64,000 nucleotides of DNA, taken from the NCBI RefSeq assembly GCF_000981445.1, contig NC_027216.1, forward strand, positions 496,001 through 560,000. The letters are read 5' to 3'. Of this stretch, positions 60,251 through 64,000 are shown piece by piece. The position numbers were made by a program, and so were the translations under genes. Under the pieces are notes generated by a model. That model made no database searches, had not been told where the DNA came from, and was given only the letters and a program-made list of their open reading frames with translations. Each line of letters begins with the position of its first letter. Position 1 is the stretch's first letter. This stretch comes from Babesia bigemina (taxonomy: Eukaryota).

Positions 60251-60868
60251 TGGGCTACATGTCATGTTTATTCGTCTTGTCGTAGGGACTCTTCTCACAC
60301 CGCTTATTAAGTATGTGTTGATATAAGTGTAAATCCCCTACGCCTATTGTTGTAAACTGCTAATCGGTTAAACTAATAAGTACAGCAGTAAACAATGCCG
60401 TGGACGTATTTATAAGCTTATTAGTGGCCGAAGTTCAGGATTCCGCCCGGCAATCCGCCCATATCGGTAAATAGTGGGAATATTTGACAATCCATCCGTA
60501 TGTCTGAGGAAGACCATCAGCATCGTGCATATCGGAATGACTAATCAAAACCGTCTTGTGTCAGAGACATGAGGAGGCGAAATCACGGAGACGGCGGAGT
60601 ATCTCAGATGAACAGTTTCGAACCAAGTGCCTAGTTTCAATGCGCGAATCCATCCGACGTGGAACACGAAACCCAGGCTACTATGACTGTGAATAGTCAC
60701 ATTGCCCAAACTAGATAAATTCCGTTTTGGATGGCACCTGTTATGGTTGGCAACGGAACGACGTGGAACCCGCACAAGTATCGGCGTGAGGCGGTAGCCC
60801 CGCGAAATCCAAAACCGCCCCTAGGCACGTAGCCACAAAGCACACTATATAATGAGAGAACATAATAA
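60203..60868 (+). repeat. ~665-bp direct repeat, copy B
   Basis: Near-identical to 10923-11590. Confidence 0.95.
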
Positions 60869-61444
60869 GAGGTATAACCTTTCTCAACAGAATATGGATA
60901 TGTTAATTCGCACCCATCGATGACTTCGTCCTATACGCGTTTAGTTACCATAATCACAAAGGGAGAGATTCGATTTACTAGATCCGACAGCCTCGTACCT
61001 CCATCTGATCCCAGTTGCTCAGGTATATTTTGCTCGCACCGTCGAACTATTTCTTTTTTTCCGTTGGTCAATCAATGTAGCGACATAACACGGCTTCAAC
61101 ATTTTTAATTTGCTTTAATGAACTTGGATATACAGCACCCGTTAAAACCTTAACGCATTTTCGTGAATTCAGCCTGTTACTATGGCGTTAAACGCCAGAC
61201 AACATTGCGAAAACGAAACAGAAGCCAGTTTTCTGCTAACTCAAAAGTGCGCATACACCTTTCAAAGCGGTATTATATATAGAATTAGAGGCTGCTCTCC
61301 ATTTATGTTCCGATATGCAACGCTGGCTCACGGAATCGGCCATGTTTGCCAAATTAAACTAACAGCGTTTTGAAAACTCTAACAAATACAGCTTGTAAAT
61401 AACCAACCTACATAATTTAAATACCTACTAACATACGTGTATGA

Positions 61445-62132
61445 TTATGGGAAGCTTTTAAGGGCGTGTTCCAACGTGTACATCTCGGCCATGCTTCTGA
61501 AGCCCACTATGTCGCCGGACCTGATCAGGTTCCCAGCATCACAATTCAAAGGACTATCAGCATTGGGGTCGTCCAAGATATATGAGACGCCGCGGCATAG
61601 GTACTGCAAAGTCCACGCTGGGCTCCAATTGGATTTTAGGACGTCCATGCACAGTTCCCCTGCAAAATCTTAACCAATTCGAATGGACATAATAGCCCAG
61701 ACAACGTTCCGTAATGCAGACAATGCATGTAGATAACACTATTAACTGTTAATAACACAAAGCTCAAGCAAACCTTAAAACTATTTTTAGATGCGATTTG
61801 ACGGTACGGTTAAAACCGATACACAATAAATGACACATACCCGTTTCGAAGTTTATGTTGGGATGAAAACACTTCGTCACAAATGAGACCACTGGAGGGT
61901 TGATCGGATAGTTTGGCGGGCAAAGTATGTTCAACTTAAAAATGCCCTTCTGTACAGTATTACTAATCACCAGGTATGCATCTCTCACCTCATAAGGACT
62001 CTTACATGGTCCCTTTATGTATGCATACCAATGATGCACGTTTGATCCAACCAACATTAATCGCATATTTGGGTCATCCATTCGACTAGATTCCTTAAGC
62101 TCCTTTAGGAGCCGGCTTCGCGCCAGAGCCAT
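61445..62132 (-). CDS. PEX4: Ubiquitin-conjugating enzyme E2, PEX4/UBC21-like; 3 exons
   Basis: ARSRLLKELKE, GPCKSPYE|KGIF, FHPNINFETG|ELCMDVLK (catalytic Cys), WSPAWTL; C-terminal DSPLNCDAGNLIRSGD..GFRSMA.MYT as in Pex4-type E2s. Introns ~61950-61988 and 61660-61840. Confidence 0.75.
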
Positions 62133-63578
62133 TCTTGAGCACACGGGAACGCTTCAATCTTCTGCCGCACCTATCGTACCCGTCGCCTCCCATAGTAGAT
62201 CGGCGCAGATTGACCAGAGCCGACGTAGAGGCTCGAATGGAGTGCCTCACCCGTCTCAATCGCGCAACTGCCAGTATATTACATCGACATGAAAATCACT
62301 TCTTATTTCACTATCATAAAACAGGAGAGTATTATTTCCTGAGGGTTTAAAATTACCTATACGATGGACATTGATATTATAATCGCTAATCTCGCCCTTC
62401 ACCGAGCTCTTCAACTTCTGCGAGCAAAATTAGATCTTGCCATGTATGACGGCAGGTAATAACAACGTAACGATGTGTAATAAAAATATAGAGCTTGGTG
62501 ACAATTGTTCCGGCGGCTCACCTCGAACTTCCGTTCTATCTCACGCGACTTCCGGAAGACCTCTTGGTGGTACTGCTGACTGGGCAACGCACGCCTAACC
62601 ATCTGATTCAGCGTCACCCATTTGAGATTTGAGTTCCCAAACGAAATTCATGTGTACGAACCAGTTTCAGTGCTGTTAGATGGGTCCGCTGTTGCAGCGC
62701 CACGAAATCCCTAACGTAGTCGACCCTGGCGTTATTGCGTGCCGTGCGAAACGAACTCACATGACGTTTACCGCAAGGAATGATTATGAGGTAATAACGG
62801 CCAAATCTATCGTCAGACGTCGCTGTTATAGTTGTCAACGTATTGGTGTGTCCGACGTTTCTCGATATTTTACGTCACACAGAGAGGAAAAATTGACAGC
62901 TGCAGCGGGTCAAACATACCCTATCGTATCATCGTATCGACATATGCGGTGTTTGACCATGCCGACGCCCTAAGTAATATACTCAGGCAGTTGATTGTGG
63001 CTGTATGTGACACCCTGTCCAGAAAAGGGCAGTGAAACGGAGGCAACACCGCGTGCTAGAATGACAAACTATTGCACTTTAATTCACAATGTACATATGT
63101 TTAATTAAATATAAACACATACGACTCGTATTCATCTGAATTGGTCGACACCACAGTGTGCCTTGCATCACGGAGTGACATGGCGACACCACTTCAGGCG
63201 CAGCAATACGTCCATCTTTTTGCGGCCTGTTCAGGCTGAAAAATCGAATGATAGTTTACCAACACGGTGTGTATATGACCGAGTGGCCATAATTTGCATG
63301 GAACCTCAGTTTCAATTGCTCGGACACACCCCCTCGACCCTGTAGGCTAGGCATCTTACGGACGGCGCAGACAACGATGGTGAGCAGCGCCTAAGGAGAA
63401 GGAACCTAATTGGGGATCATACTTGGAGGTGCCCAAAGCGCGCGGCGAAGTCCGTAAACACCAAGCAGTGTCGCACGTGCGAAACACTGCGAACGCGTCG
63501 TAGGCAAGCCTACCGGGCGTCTCGTGCGTGTGTGATTACAAACTACATTACCCGTGAAAGGGCGTAGATTGGGTCAAG

Positions 63579-64000
63579 ATGTTGATAAAGTGCAAGACCA
63601 AGAGCCCTAGGGTGAAGGGTATCACCTTCCACCCTAGCCTACATTTCCTCCTGGCATCGATGCACTCGGGTGAAATCCAGCTCTGGAACTACCTGAACTC
63701 GTCACTGGTCGACGTTTTCGAGTACCATGAGGGGCCGGTGCGCGGTATCGACTTCCACCCGCTGCAGCCGCTGTTTGCCAGTGGTGGAGACGATACGAAT
63801 GTCGTCGTGTGGGACTTCAAACAGAAGAAAATGCTCTTTGCGATGTCAGGGCACAATGATTACGTCAGAACAGTGCAGTTCCACCCAAACTATCCGTGGA
63901 TTGTATCGTCATCAGATGACCAAACTGTTAGGATTTGGAACTGGCAGGGCAGGAGCTGCATCAGCGTTCTGCAAGGGCACATGCATTACGTGATGTGCGC
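63579..64000 (+). CDS. COPA: Coatomer subunit alpha (WD40), 5' partial
   Basis: MLIKCKTKSPRVKGITFHP...SMHSGEIQLWNY...HEGPVRGIDFHPLQPLFASGGDD...GHNDYVRTVQFHPNYPWIVSSSDDQTVRIWNWQ...GHMHYVMC. Confidence 0.95.
   Translation, partial: MLIKCKTKSPRVKGITFHPSLHFLLASMHSGEIQLWNYLNSSLVDVFEYHEGPVRGIDFHPLQPLFASGGDDTNVVVWDFKQKKMLFAMSGHNDYVRTVQFHPNYPWIVSSSDDQTVRIWNWQGRSCISVLQGHMHYVMC

Overview
Eukaryotic, intron-rich DNA from an apicomplexan piroplasm, most likely a Babesia sensu stricto (short GT..AG introns, apicoplast-type pyruvate kinase, ves-like and s48/45-like genes). A ~42 kb dense housekeeping block contains REV3, an RsuA-like protein, NEK1, a papain protease, an ADP/ATP carrier, a signal-peptide ubiquitin-like protein, a dynamin-related protein, XPB, ELP3, HSP70, BRE1, CPSF100 and RAD50. 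This block is bracketed by two directly oriented, visibly more AT-rich islands (~2.7-11.6 kb and ~53.7-60.9 kb). Both islands have the same order: a ~970-aa secreted multi-s48/45 (6-Cys-like) gene, a short ves-like gene, then a ~665-bp nearly identical downstream element. Both sit between convergent housekeeping genes. In island 1 the ves-like gene is disrupted and a broken 11-residue-repeat gene is inserted. Other notable points: an RsuA-like protein lacking its catalytic Asp, a RAD50 with no CXXC zinc hook, and a PEX4-like E2. Exon boundaries were read by eye and no database searches were run.
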